Below, in pieces: positions 18,402 through 29,600 of a stretch of DNA of 64,000 nucleotides; position 1 is the stretch's first letter; every line of letters starts with the position of its first letter. The notes below the pieces were generated by a model. That model was not told the DNA's origin. It saw only the letters and a list, made by a program, of their open reading frames with translations, and searched no databases. The translations under genes and the position numbers were made by a program. Location: the NCBI GenBank assembly GCA_903839875.1, contig CAIMDZ010000051.1:9586-73585 (forward strand), written 5' to 3'. Source of the stretch: an uncultured Bacteroidota bacterium. Lineage in GTDB: Bacteria > Bacteroidota > Bacteroidia > Chitinophagales > Chitinophagaceae.

Positions 18402-19808
18402 ATGAAAAAAATATTTTCACAGCTTTTCCTGCTTTTTACTTCTGTCAACCTATCTGCACAATCCGTAGAGGGGGAATGGTATGGCGCCCTGGAGATTCAA
18501 AAAACGAAGCTGCATATTGTTTTCCATATTAAAAAGACCGGGACAGGATTTTCTGGTACTATGGACAGTCCGGACCAGGGTGTAAACGGCATAGGCATGG
18601 ATTCTACATCATTTGAACATAACAGGCTCGTTATTGAAGCTAAAAAACTGGGTATGAGGTATGCTGCCGCTTATGATACGGGAGCCCACGAATTAAATGG
18701 CGTATTCCGGCAAAGCAAAATGGAGTTCCCGCTTGTTTTAAAAAGGACTAAGGAAGAAGTAAAAGTAGTGCGCCGTGCGCAGGACCCTGTTGATTTTCCT
18801 TACAACCAGGAGGAAGTAGCTATTGACAACAGGAAGGATAGCCTGACCCTTGCCGGGACCTTAACAATGCCAAAAGATCACAAGGCTGATAAAATAGTAA
18901 TCCTCATAACAGGCTCAGGCCCGCAAAACCGGAATGAGGAAATAGTATCCATCAATCACAGGCCCTTCCTGGTATGGAGCGACTGGCTGACAAGGCATGG
19001 CATTGCCGTGCTGCGGTATGACGACAGGGGTATTGGTAGTTCCACAGGCAAGTTCAATAAAGCAACTTCTGCCGGTTTTGCCAATGATGTAACTGCGGCT
19101 ATTGATTTCATAAAATCGAGGAAGGATCTGGAGGGTTTGAAAATTGGTTTGATCGGGCATAGCGAAGGCGGGATGATTGCGCCCATGGTAGCAGCAAGGG
19201 ATAAGCGGGTGGCATTTATTGTTCTTTTGGCCGGACCTGGGGAGCCTATTGACGAACTGATGGTACAGCAAATAGCATTTAGCCAATCCGGTGCTGATGC
19301 GCCGAAAAATATTGCTGACGTAAATATAGAGACGTCAAAACTGGCATACAGTTTTCTGAAGAAAAATGCTGGCAAGACCAACAAAGAGATAGAGCCGGAA
19401 TTAAGAAAGATACTCCATGAACAGTTAGCGAAATATCCGCCTGATGCATTTGATAAAACTAAGGGAGATGAAATACTGGACAATGAGATCAAAAGCTATC
19501 TTGGCGTTTGGTTCAGGTATTTTATAGCTTTTATACCTGCTGATTATCTAGGCAAGGTTAAATGCCCTGTACTGGCGCTGAACGGCACACTCGATAAACA
19601 GGTAAGTTGTAAAGAAAACCTGGATGGTATAGACGCTGCTCTTAAAAAAGGAAAGAACAAAAATTTTGAGATCGTTCCTTTACAGGGGTTGAATCATTTA
19701 TTCCAGAAAGCAGAAACAGGCGATCCCGGTGAATATGGAAATATTGAAGAAACGGTGAACCCTGTGGCATTGAATAAAGTAACGGAATGGTTAGGGAAGC
19801 TGAAGTAA
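18402..19808 (+). CDS. Secreted alpha/beta-hydrolase (S9/S33-like)
   Basis: GSGPQNRNE, LRYDDRG, nucleophile GHSEGG, NGTLDKQV, GLNHLFQ. Confidence 0.9.
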   Translation: MKKIFSQLFLLFTSVNLSAQSVEGEWYGALEIQKTKLHIVFHIKKTGTGFSGTMDSPDQGVNGIGMDSTSFEHNRLVIEAKKLGMRYAAAYDTGAHELNGVFRQSKMEFPLVLKRTKEEVKVVRRAQDPVDFPYNQEEVAIDNRKDSLTLAGTLTMPKDHKADKIVILITGSGPQNRNEEIVSINHRPFLVWSDWLTRHGIAVLRYDDRGIGSSTGKFNKATSAGFANDVTAAIDFIKSRKDLEGLKIGLIGHSEGGMIAPMVAARDKRVAFIVLLAGPGEPIDELMVQQIAFSQSGADAPKNIADVNIETSKLAYSFLKKNAGKTNKEIEPELRKILHEQLAKYPPDAFDKTKGDEILDNEIKSYLGVWFRYFIAFIPADYLGKVKCPVLALNGTLDKQVSCKENLDGIDAALKKGKNKNFEIVPLQGLNHLFQKAETGDPGEYGNIEETVNPVALNKVTEWLGKLK

Positions 19809-19864
19809 ACATAATATAACCATCGAAGCACTATGTCCGAATTACGTTTCGGTTTATAGTATCT

Positions 19865-20374
19865 TTGATGAAATCTAATATAAAACCTATGCCAAACAGG
19901 CTCTCCCTTGCTTTCATTATTGTAGTATGCTGCTGTATGATCACAGCAGCGTGCAAAAAGACCAAAATCCCCGACAAGGTTTTCATGAAAGCCAAAGTGG
20001 GTAATACGCTATACAACTTCAACATGTGCGGTGCCGATTGGCGTGGCAATTTTGTAACTGTCTTTGGCTACTCCTATACTACGTCTGCGTCACAAAGATT
20101 GTACCCGATGATCGAACTCCGCCTATGGAAGTTCAGCGACAGCAATTATGTTTTCAATTTCGGCAGTCCGACGGATTCATCTTCTGCTTTCCTTTACCGT
20201 ACCGCTACAGACACCGCACAGGCCATAAGCGGAACTGCGAACATAACCTGGATAGGGTCCATGTACGCCTTTGCAGACTATGGCTTCCAGGGAAACTTCT
20301 ATTTCACCCTCCCCGACAGCACCAAATTCACCAATGGGTCATTTTATACGGGAGGCGGGTACTATACTCTTTAA
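19865..20374 (+). CDS. Hypothetical lipoprotein
   Basis: Lipobox TAAC followed by KK, beta-rich mature part. Start codon uncertain. Confidence 0.7.
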   Translation: MMKSNIKPMPNRLSLAFIIVVCCCMITAACKKTKIPDKVFMKAKVGNTLYNFNMCGADWRGNFVTVFGYSYTTSASQRLYPMIELRLWKFSDSNYVFNFGSPTDSSSAFLYRTATDTAQAISGTANITWIGSMYAFADYGFQGNFYFTLPDSTKFTNGSFYTGGGYYTL

Positions 20375-20522
20375 GTTGTTAAAGAGAACCACCAATATAT
20401 TTTATCATTTCTTTATTATATTCTATCCTACCTTTGCACACTTTTTAATCGGACTGATCTGCTAAGCGTTAGCGCAGCAGGGTCATTTCCACATTTTCAC
20501 ATTAGTACATTTTCACATTAAC

Positions 20523-21623
20523 ATGGCATTACAGGCAGGCATAGTAGGATTACCCAACGTAGGAAAATCAACTTTATTCAACGCAGTGAGCAACAGCGCC
20601 AAGGCGCAGGCATCCAATTACCGGTTTTGTACCATTGAGCCCAATATCGGCCAGGTGGATGTGCCGGATGACCGCCTTGCAAAGCTGGCCGAACTGGTGC
20701 AACCGCAGCGCATACTGCCCACTACTATTGAATTTGTGGACATAGCCGGACTGGTAAAAGGCGCCAGCAAGGGAGAAGGGCTGGGTAATAAGTTCCTGGC
20801 CAATATCCGTGAGGTGGATGCTATTGTGCATGTGATCCGCTGCTTTGAAGATGAAAATATACTGCGTGATGAAGGGGACATAAACCCTATCAGCGATAAG
20901 GAGATTATTGATACCGAGCTGCAACTGAAGGACTTGGACAGTGTGGAGAAGAAGATTCAGCGGCTGGAGAAAATGATAAAAACTGGCGACCCAAAAATAA
21001 AACACGGACTTGAAGTGCTCCAACTTTGCCTGAAACATCTTTCGGAAGGGAAGAATATTCGTGGCCTGAAGCTGGAAGGGGAAGACAGGGAAGCCATAGC
21101 AGATATTTTCCTGCTTACCGGTAAGCCGGTGCTGTATGTAGCAAACGTGGATGAAGCGGCCCTGCTGACAGGCAATAAATACTCCGATGCTTTGGTGAAA
21201 GCTGCGCAGGAAGAAGGATCGCAGGTGATAGTGATGAATAACTCTATCGAGGCCCAGATATCTGAGCTCGAAAGCCAGGAGGATAAAGAACTGTTCTTTG
21301 CCGAATATGGTCTTACAGAGCCTGGCCTGGACCGTCTTATCCGCTCGGCATATACGCTGCTTAACCTGGCTACCTACTTCACTGCCGGTGTGCAGGAGGT
21401 GCGTGCATGGACCATACACAAAGGCTGGAAGGCGCCACAGGCAGCAAGTGTCATCCATACCGATTTCGAGAAAGGGTTCATTAAAGCGGAAGTAATAGCA
21501 TACGAAGATTATATAAAATACAAAAACGAAGCCGCCTGCCGCGAAAACGGAAGGCTGCGCATAGAAGGCAAAGAATACATAGTGCAGGATGGCGACGTAA
21601 TGCATTTCCGTTTCAACGTCTGA
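20523..21623 (+). CDS. ychF: Redox-regulated ATPase YchF
   Basis: GIVGLPNVGKSTLFN, DIAGLVKGASKGEGLGNKFL, TGS domain ending DGDVMHFRFNV. TACCTTTG box at 20429-20436. Confidence 0.97.
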   Translation: MALQAGIVGLPNVGKSTLFNAVSNSAKAQASNYRFCTIEPNIGQVDVPDDRLAKLAELVQPQRILPTTIEFVDIAGLVKGASKGEGLGNKFLANIREVDAIVHVIRCFEDENILRDEGDINPISDKEIIDTELQLKDLDSVEKKIQRLEKMIKTGDPKIKHGLEVLQLCLKHLSEGKNIRGLKLEGEDREAIADIFLLTGKPVLYVANVDEAALLTGNKYSDALVKAAQEEGSQVIVMNNSIEAQISELESQEDKELFFAEYGLTEPGLDRLIRSAYTLLNLATYFTAGVQEVRAWTIHKGWKAPQAASVIHTDFEKGFIKAEVIAYEDYIKYKNEAACRENGRLRIEGKEYIVQDGDVMHFRFNV

Positions 21624-21627
21624 AAGT

Positions 21628-21686
21628 AGTCGTAAGTCCTGAGTCATAAGTCGTAAGTCTGCGAGTAATAGTCGAAGGTCGTAAGT
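21628..21686 (+). repeat. Degenerate heptamer (AGTCNNN) tandem repeat
   Basis: AGTCGTA AGTCCTG AGTCATA AGTCGTA AGTCTGC...AGTCGAA GGTCGTA, directly after the ychF stop. Confidence 0.7.
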
Positions 21687-21693
21687 AAATAGG

Positions 21694-22380
21694 GTGAAAA
21701 AAATAACATGGGTTGTGTTGGGCGTAAGTGCGCTTGTAGTGTTATCGGGTTTCCTGGTAAGGGGTTATTTTGATCATACTGAAACCCGTTCCAAAAGCGC
21801 CTTTACTATTGATTCGGTTGAATACCGTAAAGCATGCGTTTATAATAAAGGGAAAGTAGATTCCGCTGTTTCTTTATTGCAAACAGGGAATGTGGTATTG
21901 CGCATGGGCCTTGGCGCCGATAGCAAACTCCTGTCTGACCTGAACACAAAAGACAAATCCTTTTCCCATTGCGGCATAGTAATGATCGAGCATGGGTACC
22001 CTTTTGTGTATCACAGCATTGGTGGCGAGGATAACCCCGATGAACGCCTTAGAAGGGATTCGGCCGGCTTTTTCTTCTCACCATTCAATAATTCCGCTAT
22101 CGCTATTGTTCATTTTGCATTTAAAGCCGGCGATATCATCGCATTACAGCGCGTGGTAACGGACTATTATAAAGCCCGTCCAAGGTTCGATATGAAGTTC
22201 GACCTGGCCACCGATGATGAGCTTTATTGCTCCGAGTTTGTTTGCAAGGCCTTAAATAAAGCCATGAACGATACCTCCTATATAGCAGCTACAACGTTGC
22301 TGGGCCGCAGGTTTGTGGGTATTGACGATATTTTTATGAACGGTCACGCAAATATCGTTTGGCAAATAAGATATAAATAA
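21694..22380 (+). CDS. YiiX/YebB-like permuted NlpC/P60 (papain-like) amidase
   Basis: GNVVLR, FSHCGIV (His) preceding FDLATDDELYCSEFV (Cys), the permuted order. Confidence 0.85.
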   Translation: MKKITWVVLGVSALVVLSGFLVRGYFDHTETRSKSAFTIDSVEYRKACVYNKGKVDSAVSLLQTGNVVLRMGLGADSKLLSDLNTKDKSFSHCGIVMIEHGYPFVYHSIGGEDNPDERLRRDSAGFFFSPFNNSAIAIVHFAFKAGDIIALQRVVTDYYKARPRFDMKFDLATDDELYCSEFVCKALNKAMNDTSYIAATTLLGRRFVGIDDIFMNGHANIVWQIRYK

Positions 22381-22407
22381 TACCTTTGCGCCCTAAACAA
22401 TAATTAT

Positions 22408-22905
22408 ATGAAAAAAATACTGCTGTCATTTTCTACTTTGTTTTTGGCTTCCATGATGCTGGTTAGCTGCAGCAAGAATTCTCCTAAAGATGTTGCTAAT
22501 TCATGGCTGACAAGTTTCTACCACATGGATTATGAGGCAGCAAAGAAAGTATCTACCGAAGATACTAAAGCTCTTCTTACACAGTTGGGGGCTTTAAGCA
22601 GTATGATGCCAGACTCTTTAAAGAAAGAGGCGAAAAATATTGCTATTACTATCAGCGACGTAAAGGAAGATGGAGATAAAGCAACCGTTACCTACAAAAA
22701 AAGCGATAAGGGCAAAGATGCTACTCCTTCCGAGGCTTCCACATTAAAGCTGGTAAAGAAAGATGGCAAATGGCTGGTTCAGTTCACTAAGAATGACCAG
22801 ATGGGTTCAGGAAGTGATGCTGCTCCTTCCAGCCCGGACCAGGGAACCACACCTCCGGCTGACGCTGGTAACCCCGCCGGCAGCACAGATACCACACAAC
22901 ATTAA
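22408..22905 (+). CDS. DUF4878/NTF2-like lipoprotein
   Basis: Lipobox LVSC, PKDVA-x-x-WL, EDGDKATVTY, LKLVKKDGKWLV. TACCTTTG box at 22381-22388. Confidence 0.8.
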   Translation: MKKILLSFSTLFLASMMLVSCSKNSPKDVANSWLTSFYHMDYEAAKKVSTEDTKALLTQLGALSSMMPDSLKKEAKNIAITISDVKEDGDKATVTYKKSDKGKDATPSEASTLKLVKKDGKWLVQFTKNDQMGSGSDAAPSSPDQGTTPPADAGNPAGSTDTTQH

Positions 22906-22944
22906 ACCTATTGCTTTAAGAAGCATAATCACATAATTCAGGAT

Positions 22945-22969
22945 AAAAGGCTGCTTCGGCGGCCTTTTT
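22945..22969 (+). terminator. Intrinsic terminator
   Basis: AAAAGGCTGC-TTCG-GCGGCCTTTTT. Confidence 0.75.
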
Positions 22970-23044
22970 CTATGACCATGATAATCACCTGCTAATACTT
23001 TGGTAAATTAATTTTAAACAATACTTTTGAACAAATATCTTCAA

Positions 23045-23521
23045 ATGAAAAAAGCCATTCTTTCGTTATCGGTCATAGCTATTATGGCAACTATACTGGT
23101 AAGTTTTGATAAAACTCATCCTAAAGATGTGGCTGAAACCTGGCTGACAAGTTTTTATCACATGGATTTTGAGGCGGCTAAAAAAATATCTACTACCGAT
23201 ACCAAAGCCCTTTTGACCCAATTGACAGAGTTTAGCAGTCTGATACCTGACTCCGTAAAAGATGAAGCAAAAAATATTGTCATCAATATCAACGATGTAG
23301 CAGAAGATGGCGACAAAGCAACGGTTACGTACAAGGCATTATCCGGCAAGAAAGGCGACCCTGGTGAGGGCGGAACCCTGAAACTTGTTAAGCAAAGCGG
23401 CCAATGGCTGGTACTGTTCACTAAAGACGACGTCAATGCCAGTTCAGGCAAGGATGCAGGTACGCCCACCCTCGATGATAGAACCAACCCTCCTGCCGCA
23501 GATACGGCGCGCCGTAGGTAA
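23045..23521 (+). CDS. DUF4878/NTF2-like protein, tandem paralog lacking the lipobox Cys
   Basis: Shares WLTSFYHMD-x-EAAKK-x-ST-x-DTKALLTQL with 22408-22905. LVSF replaces LVSC. Confidence 0.8.
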   Translation: MKKAILSLSVIAIMATILVSFDKTHPKDVAETWLTSFYHMDFEAAKKISTTDTKALLTQLTEFSSLIPDSVKDEAKNIVININDVAEDGDKATVTYKALSGKKGDPGEGGTLKLVKQSGQWLVLFTKDDVNASSGKDAGTPTLDDRTNPPAADTARRR

Positions 23522-23593
23522 TGGAGGCAGGCAGGTTTGCACCTTTGCGCGGGATTATCTATCTTTCCGTACTCCAACACCTAAATTTGTTTA

Positions 23594-25033
23594 ATGGTAC
23601 TCAGCAGGTTCTGGTTAATCATCATTCTTTCATCCATTGCTTATGTGCTGGTGTTGCTGGGCACCGGCTCGGTATACTCGATTGACTACCTTGTAAACGG
23701 TAAACGCGATGAGCCGCTGCTGGTAAAGGAAGTCTATCTCGACAAATTGCCCCCTGCCACACAGGCGCTCTTAATTAACTCAAAAGACTCCACGATTACG
23801 CTCAGGGGTGTACCACCCCTCAAAGATTCAGTGCTTGCCCTGAGCAAGAACGTAGTCAAGATCACTTCAGGCAAGCAGGCCGCCGATGGCATCCTGCCCA
23901 CCGCCAAAAACACGATTTTCGATCTGCTGCTTCCGCTCATTGCCTATCTGTCCTTCTTTTGCGGCATACTGCAGTTGCTCATAGACTCCGGCGCTTCCGA
24001 GAAAATGGCAAGGCTGCTCAGTCCCGTCTTCATCAAGATCTTCCCCGAAGTGCCGGCCAATCATCCCTCAATTTCCTACATGACCCTCAACTTCGCCGCC
24101 AACTTCCTCGGCCTCGACTCCGCCGCCACCCCCTTCGGTCTCAAAGCCATGGAGAGCCTGCAGGAGCTCAACAAAGACAAGGAAAGGGCCAGCAATCCGC
24201 AGATCATGTTTCTTTGCCTGCATGCCGCCGGGCTCACCCTCATACCCACTACCATCATAGGCTACCGGGCCGCACAAAACAGCCACAACCCTGCCGATGT
24301 GATGCTGCCCTGCATTATCACCTCGTTTATTGGCACGCTCGCTGCCATGATAATAGTAGGTATCCGTCAGCGAATCAATTTCAGGAGCGCTACGCTGCTC
24401 CTCGCCATAGGAGCTATAGTAGGCCTGCTCACCGGGCTCATGTTCTACATTGTGCACCTCGACCTCATCGCCAAAAACCACTTTACCAACAATATATCCA
24501 ATGTCATCCTCCTGTCTATCATCCTCCTGATTCTGGTATATGCTTTCTGGCATGAAAAAGTATTTGTCGCTAATGGCAAGGACATCTTCACCTCCTTTGT
24601 AGAGGGGGCAGGTGGCGGCCTTAAAACAGGCGTCACCATATTCCCCTACATCCTGGGTATGCTGGTAGCCATCTCCCTGTTCCGAAACAGCGGGGTCTTC
24701 GAGATTCTCTCCAACCTCGTCGCCAGATTCTTCCTGATGCTGCATGTAAACCGCGACATAGTAAATGCCATCCCCGTGGCCCTGCTGCGCCCCTTCAGTT
24801 CCAGCGGCTCCCGCGGCTTTATGATAGATTCCATGCAGACCTACGGTGTAGACTCCCTCACCGGCCGCCTCTCCAGCGTCTTCCAGTGCAGCGCCGAAAC
24901 CACCTTCTACGTCATAGCCGTCTACTTCGGCAGTGTAAAAATCAAGAACACCCGCTACACCCTCAGCACCATGCTGCTGGTAGATCTGATCTGTGTTATT
25001 ACTGCGGTGCTGGTTTGTTTGCTGTTTTTTTAG
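23594..25033 (+). CDS. Nucleoside-recognition (Gate) domain membrane protein, SpmA-SpmB fusion type
   Basis: NFAANFLGLDSAATPFGLKAMESLQELN, LLRPFSSSG, SAETTFYVIAVYFGSV. Confidence 0.9.
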   Translation: MVLSRFWLIIILSSIAYVLVLLGTGSVYSIDYLVNGKRDEPLLVKEVYLDKLPPATQALLINSKDSTITLRGVPPLKDSVLALSKNVVKITSGKQAADGILPTAKNTIFDLLLPLIAYLSFFCGILQLLIDSGASEKMARLLSPVFIKIFPEVPANHPSISYMTLNFAANFLGLDSAATPFGLKAMESLQELNKDKERASNPQIMFLCLHAAGLTLIPTTIIGYRAAQNSHNPADVMLPCIITSFIGTLAAMIIVGIRQRINFRSATLLLAIGAIVGLLTGLMFYIVHLDLIAKNHFTNNISNVILLSIILLILVYAFWHEKVFVANGKDIFTSFVEGAGGGLKTGVTIFPYILGMLVAISLFRNSGVFEILSNLVARFFLMLHVNRDIVNAIPVALLRPFSSSGSRGFMIDSMQTYGVDSLTGRLSSVFQCSAETTFYVIAVYFGSVKIKNTRYTLSTMLLVDLICVITAVLVCLLFF

Positions 25034-25037
25034 AGTT

Positions 25038-25072
25038 AGTCTAAAGTCGTGAGTAGAAAGTCTAAAGTTCGC
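25038..25072 (+). repeat. Degenerate heptamer tandem repeat
   Basis: AGTCTAA AGTCGTG AGTAGAA AGTCTAA AGTTCGC after the stop codon. Confidence 0.65.
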
Positions 25073-25307
25073 GCGACTGTCCCGGTGAATACGCGTGTTT
25101 GGCAAATGCAGGCATTCTATTTCAGCAATAGTACTCTGAAGGCACCGGGTTCCGCCTACACACAAGCCAGGCATAGGAGTACAGGCGGGGACGGAAGGCA
25201 AACGTATCTCTGATGAAAAACAGCTATATGGCTAATGTACGTCATTGCGGTTCGGGTATTCTGTGGCGAATTTGCATGCTGAATCCAGGTTTCAGGATTT
25301 ATCATAA

Positions 25308-25943
25308 ATGAAAAAAGTCTTGCTGATCTGTGGCATTCTCTCTTCGCTGCTCTATGTTGCATTGAATATTTTTGTTCCGATGCAATGGCCGGCTTACGAT
25401 ATAGCCTCTCAAACGGTCAGTGAGCTTTCCGCTATCGGCGCCCCGACGAGGTCGCTGTGGGTCTGGTTGTGTGCTCCTTACACTTTACTTATGATTGCCT
25501 TCGCCTGGGGTGTATGGAAGTCGGCCACTGGCAATCGCCCGCTACGTGTGGCCGGGGGACTGATGATTGCCTATGGAGCTCTCGGCATCATCTGGCCGTT
25601 TGCCCCGATGCACCTTTGTGTGATACTGGCTGCGGGTGGCTCAACATTTTCCGATACCATGCACATCACCCTTGGGGCCGTTACCGAGGTGCTCTATCTG
25701 TTCGCGCTGGGTTTTGCGGCAGCGGCATTAGGCAGGCAGTTCCGCATGTATTCCATCGCAACATTCTTGGTCCTTCTTTTCTTCGGCGTTCTGACCTTTT
25801 TGGATGCGCCGGATGTTTCTAAAAATCAGCCCACTCCGCTAATCGGGGTATGGGAGCGCATCAATATCGGCGTTTTCCTGCTATGGGTCGTGGTGCTGGC
25901 CATTGTCCTGTTGCGAAAGGAGAAGAAGTCAGAATTAGTATAG
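25308..25943 (+). CDS. DUF998 membrane protein
   Basis: QTVSELSAIGAP, DTMH, GVWERI, multi-TM. Confidence 0.82.
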   Translation: MKKVLLICGILSSLLYVALNIFVPMQWPAYDIASQTVSELSAIGAPTRSLWVWLCAPYTLLMIAFAWGVWKSATGNRPLRVAGGLMIAYGALGIIWPFAPMHLCVILAAGGSTFSDTMHITLGAVTEVLYLFALGFAAAALGRQFRMYSIATFLVLLFFGVLTFLDAPDVSKNQPTPLIGVWERINIGVFLLWVVVLAIVLLRKEKKSELV

Positions 25944-25954
25944 ACAATTAAAAA

Positions 25955-26518
25955 ATGGTAACAATGAAAATATTAGTTATTTCGTATTCGCTAACCGGTA
26001 ACAACGAAGCTTTAGCCACCGGTATATCTGCTGCATATGAGGCGAAGCATATCAAAGTAAGAGAAGCCACCCCCCGGGCTATGGGTACGATTTTCTTTGA
26101 TATACTATTTAACAGGACACCACAGGTGACGATACCGGATAATGCGGAGTATTATGACTGGGTCATCTTTGTGGGGCCCGTTTGGATGGGACATGTCGCG
26201 ACACCATTTCGCGCCTATTTTAAGCGCATGAAAGGCATGCCCGGCAAATATGCTTACGTCTCGATAAGCGGGGGAGCCGATGGCGCGAATCCTAAACTTG
26301 CCGGTGAATTGAACAAAAGAATGGGGAAAGAACCTGCTGCGCTCATTGATCTGCATATTGCAGATATCCTGCCCGCTGAACCGAAACCTGAACGGAAAGA
26401 TACTATGGCTTACCGCCTGAATGAAAGTGATGTAAAAAGATTAACTGATAAAATAGTGAAGACCTTACGGGAAACTGTGGCAAATGCTTATTCAAGCCCG
26501 GTTTTACAATCTTATTAA
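25955..26518 (+). CDS. Flavodoxin-like protein
   Basis: ISYSLTGNN FMN-binding loop, YDWVIFVGPVW. Confidence 0.75.
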   Translation: MVTMKILVISYSLTGNNEALATGISAAYEAKHIKVREATPRAMGTIFFDILFNRTPQVTIPDNAEYYDWVIFVGPVWMGHVATPFRAYFKRMKGMPGKYAYVSISGGADGANPKLAGELNKRMGKEPAALIDLHIADILPAEPKPERKDTMAYRLNESDVKRLTDKIVKTLRETVANAYSSPVLQSY

Positions 26519-26627
26519 GCGGCCTCATTTCTATATAACTTGCCGTTTTAAATCGGTGATACAGGTTCTTGAAGTCCCTGGAAGATAGCTTGCCGGACGT
26601 GTTCCATTTTGACAGTTATCGAACCGC

Positions 26628-29600
26628 TCACCTCACCAGCGTCACGTCGCCTTTCTTTTCAATGGCCTTGCCATCGCAGTCATATTTGACGTAGTAATAG
26701 TACACGTCCATATCCTGTGGTATGCCGTTGTACCTGCCATCCCATGCCGCATCCTGGCTGTTGGCCGACTCGAAGACTGTTTGTCCCCAGCGGTTGACTA
26801 TGTGGAAAATATGGAACAGGTGGTGGCCCGAAGAATAAGGTCTGAATACATTATTTTCTGCAGGCCCGGCGCCATTTGGCGTAAACGCATTCGGGAATAA
26901 CACCGTGCAGCACGATGCAGGATCAATTGCCATATTGCTTGTGGCATAGCAGCCAAAGGGATCGGTAACGCGCAGCGTTATGACACTCTTATCCTGCCTT
27001 AACCTGCCCCAGATTACCGGCTTGTTTTCATTGTTGAAGAAGTCGGATGGCGACCATTCGTAGGCATAGCTGTAATTGGCAGTATGAGCCGATAATTGTA
27101 TGCTGTCTTCCAGGCACAGCGTATTGGCGCCAACAGTGGATGAAATATAGAAGGTAGCATCCGGCACAGTGTGTACCTCCACGGAATCGAATGTCGGTTC
27201 GGATTTGCAACCTTCAATGGTGCTGGTGTATACTTTGATAATATGCAAACCGCTGTCCACCCAGGTGATCATAAATGGTCCGGCGGTACCGGCAGTGTTG
27301 TTTGTAATTATGCCGAGTGCATGCGAGTCGTAGATGGTAGTAGCGTCCACATACCACTCGAATGAATATGCGCCAATGGATCTTGTTGCAAGCGCGAGCT
27401 GCACCGTATCGCCAAGACAGACATCCGGTTTGGAGTAGGCAACGGCATTAGGTTGCGGTATCACAGAGATGTGGATAAACGTATCGGAATAACAGAATCC
27501 GCTATCGTTGAAGGCGCGTAGTTTCACAATGTTGTCCTGGTTGGCCGAATCGAATTTAACAGTGATTATGGAGTCTCCGATGTTGGTGCCTGAGGCTGCA
27601 AAGGCTCCCCTTGGTAAAGTCCAGTAATAGAAAGGTTCAAAGAGCGATGGTCCGCAGCAGTAAGCCAGTTGAATGGAGTCATACTGGCACACCCATGGTT
27701 TGCTGGCGTGTATGCCAAAAACGGGTTTAGGGACGATGGTGACGTAGATAGCAGCGCTGTCGCTTTCACAGCCATCGGGTGTGGCAGGTACTGTCTGGCT
27801 AACCCACCATACTTTTGTACCGGGTCCTGCATTGGTAGGAGGTACAGGTATTGGCGGAACAGGGCCTGCATGATAATACCAGTTGAGGCGCGAATTGTAC
27901 TCACTGTCCACCGCCTCATTCAGCGGCCTGGCGCCGGGGTAATTCTCGCAGTACTGTACATTCCTTGTAAGCGGTGGCTGAGGCTTTAACTTTATGATCA
28001 CCTTGTCTGTTGCGCTGTCGCTAACGCATCCGAATGGGGTGGATGTTTCGGTAACATAGTAAAGTATGGTATCGGGGGCTATGTATGTATTTGGCGTAGG
28101 CGCAATAGTTGTACCGGCGGTAACACCGGGGCCGTACCATGTGAGTATGCCTCCGGTGGTGCCAGGAACATTAGCCACCTGAACGGGCGTTCTGAACTGG
28201 CAATAGGATGCTGTAGATGGCGCCGGCGGATTGGGCTTGGGGTGAATGGTTACGGTAACGGGTATCCTTGCGCTTTCGCATGGCCCGCTCGAAGAAGTGA
28301 CATAATAAGTAGTAGTACCCGCTGTCAGCGTAGATGGTGTGGGCGCCATAGGATTGCCGGTGCCGCCGGTTGCAGCAGTGTACCACTTCAGTCCTGTACC
28401 TGTTGCGGTAAGCGGAACTGCATGTGCAAACTGGCAATAAGATACCGGAGTTACTATAGGGTAGGTAAGAGGAACGATGCTAACGTGGATGGTGTCTGTT
28501 TTTGAGCAAACTGCATTCGTAACCTTGACCCAGTAGGTGCCGCCAGTGGTGACGGTTATTGTGGGAGTGGTTGATGTATTGCTCCACAAAAAAGTATCAC
28601 TCGCATAAACGGCGTCCAGGTCCTGGAGGATTAAGGATGCAGCGCCGCATACCAGCGTATCATTCCCCAGGTTAACATCGGGATAGGGATGCACTGCAAT
28701 ACTGATGGTGCCGCTATCGGTGCAGCCGGGGGTATGAACGATGACTTTATAAGTGCCGGAGTCAGGAGAAACAGATCCGGGTATAAAGGGATTTTCAAGT
28801 GTACTGATAAATCCTCCGGGGCCTGACCATAAATAGGTGGCAAGGCCGAAAGAATCGGCGTACAATTTGAGTGAATCACCGTCACATATATTTGTTGTGC
28901 CGTTTGGATTTGGATTAATGCCGCCATAGTTGCTGAAATATCCGAAATCCGCGCCGCTGTTAGGCGGGCCGCTGCTCAGGTAGCCCATCTGAAATAAATT
29001 TCCGGCATTAGCAATATTAAGCACCGACCCAATCGGATAGGAGGCCACAGGCATCGTGACCTGGGCGCTGCTCCATATGCCACCTGTTGCGGGCACTATT
29101 GTGAACATGCCTGATGTAATAACGCCTGCAGCTCCATTAACCAAAAAGCTGCCGGTGCCAACGGTTTTAACGAGCAGGTTCAGTTTAAAGTCTATGGTTG
29201 AGGATTGCTGAATGGAAACTGTATTACTTCCGGTGCAGTTGATCTGCGGCAAGAGTGCGCTGCCCACCTCGCTGTGTATACCGCTTAGCTGGTAAACATA
29301 AACAGGGTTATTGGTTTGTACATATCCGGAGGGTGAAGGGCAAAACATCATATAGGTGGCACCGGCGCCAATGGTTGTAACATACGTTCCGTTTAGTGAA
29401 ATGGTAGTTCCGGGCTGGGTAGCGGTAATGAATAACCTGTCGCCGGGTGCGGTAAGTCCTCCATACATGGGTATATATTGGGTGCCAAGGACATTTGTAG
29501 GTACTATCTGATCGCCGATAAGGTCGGCACCGTAGACACCCAGTGAGGTGTAGCCGAGCAGGTCATCCTTTTCGGTTATGGCAATCGGTTTATCGGATGT

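Noticed and set aside
20574-21647. 357-aa ORF antisense to ychF
   Set aside because: Exact antisense shadow of a highly conserved gene, with no recognisable motifs.
23959-25201. Long alternative-frame (23959-24555) and antisense (24068-25201) ORFs over the SpmAB-like gene
   Set aside because: Explained by biased codon usage suppressing stops. The translations are low-complexity and have no family motifs.
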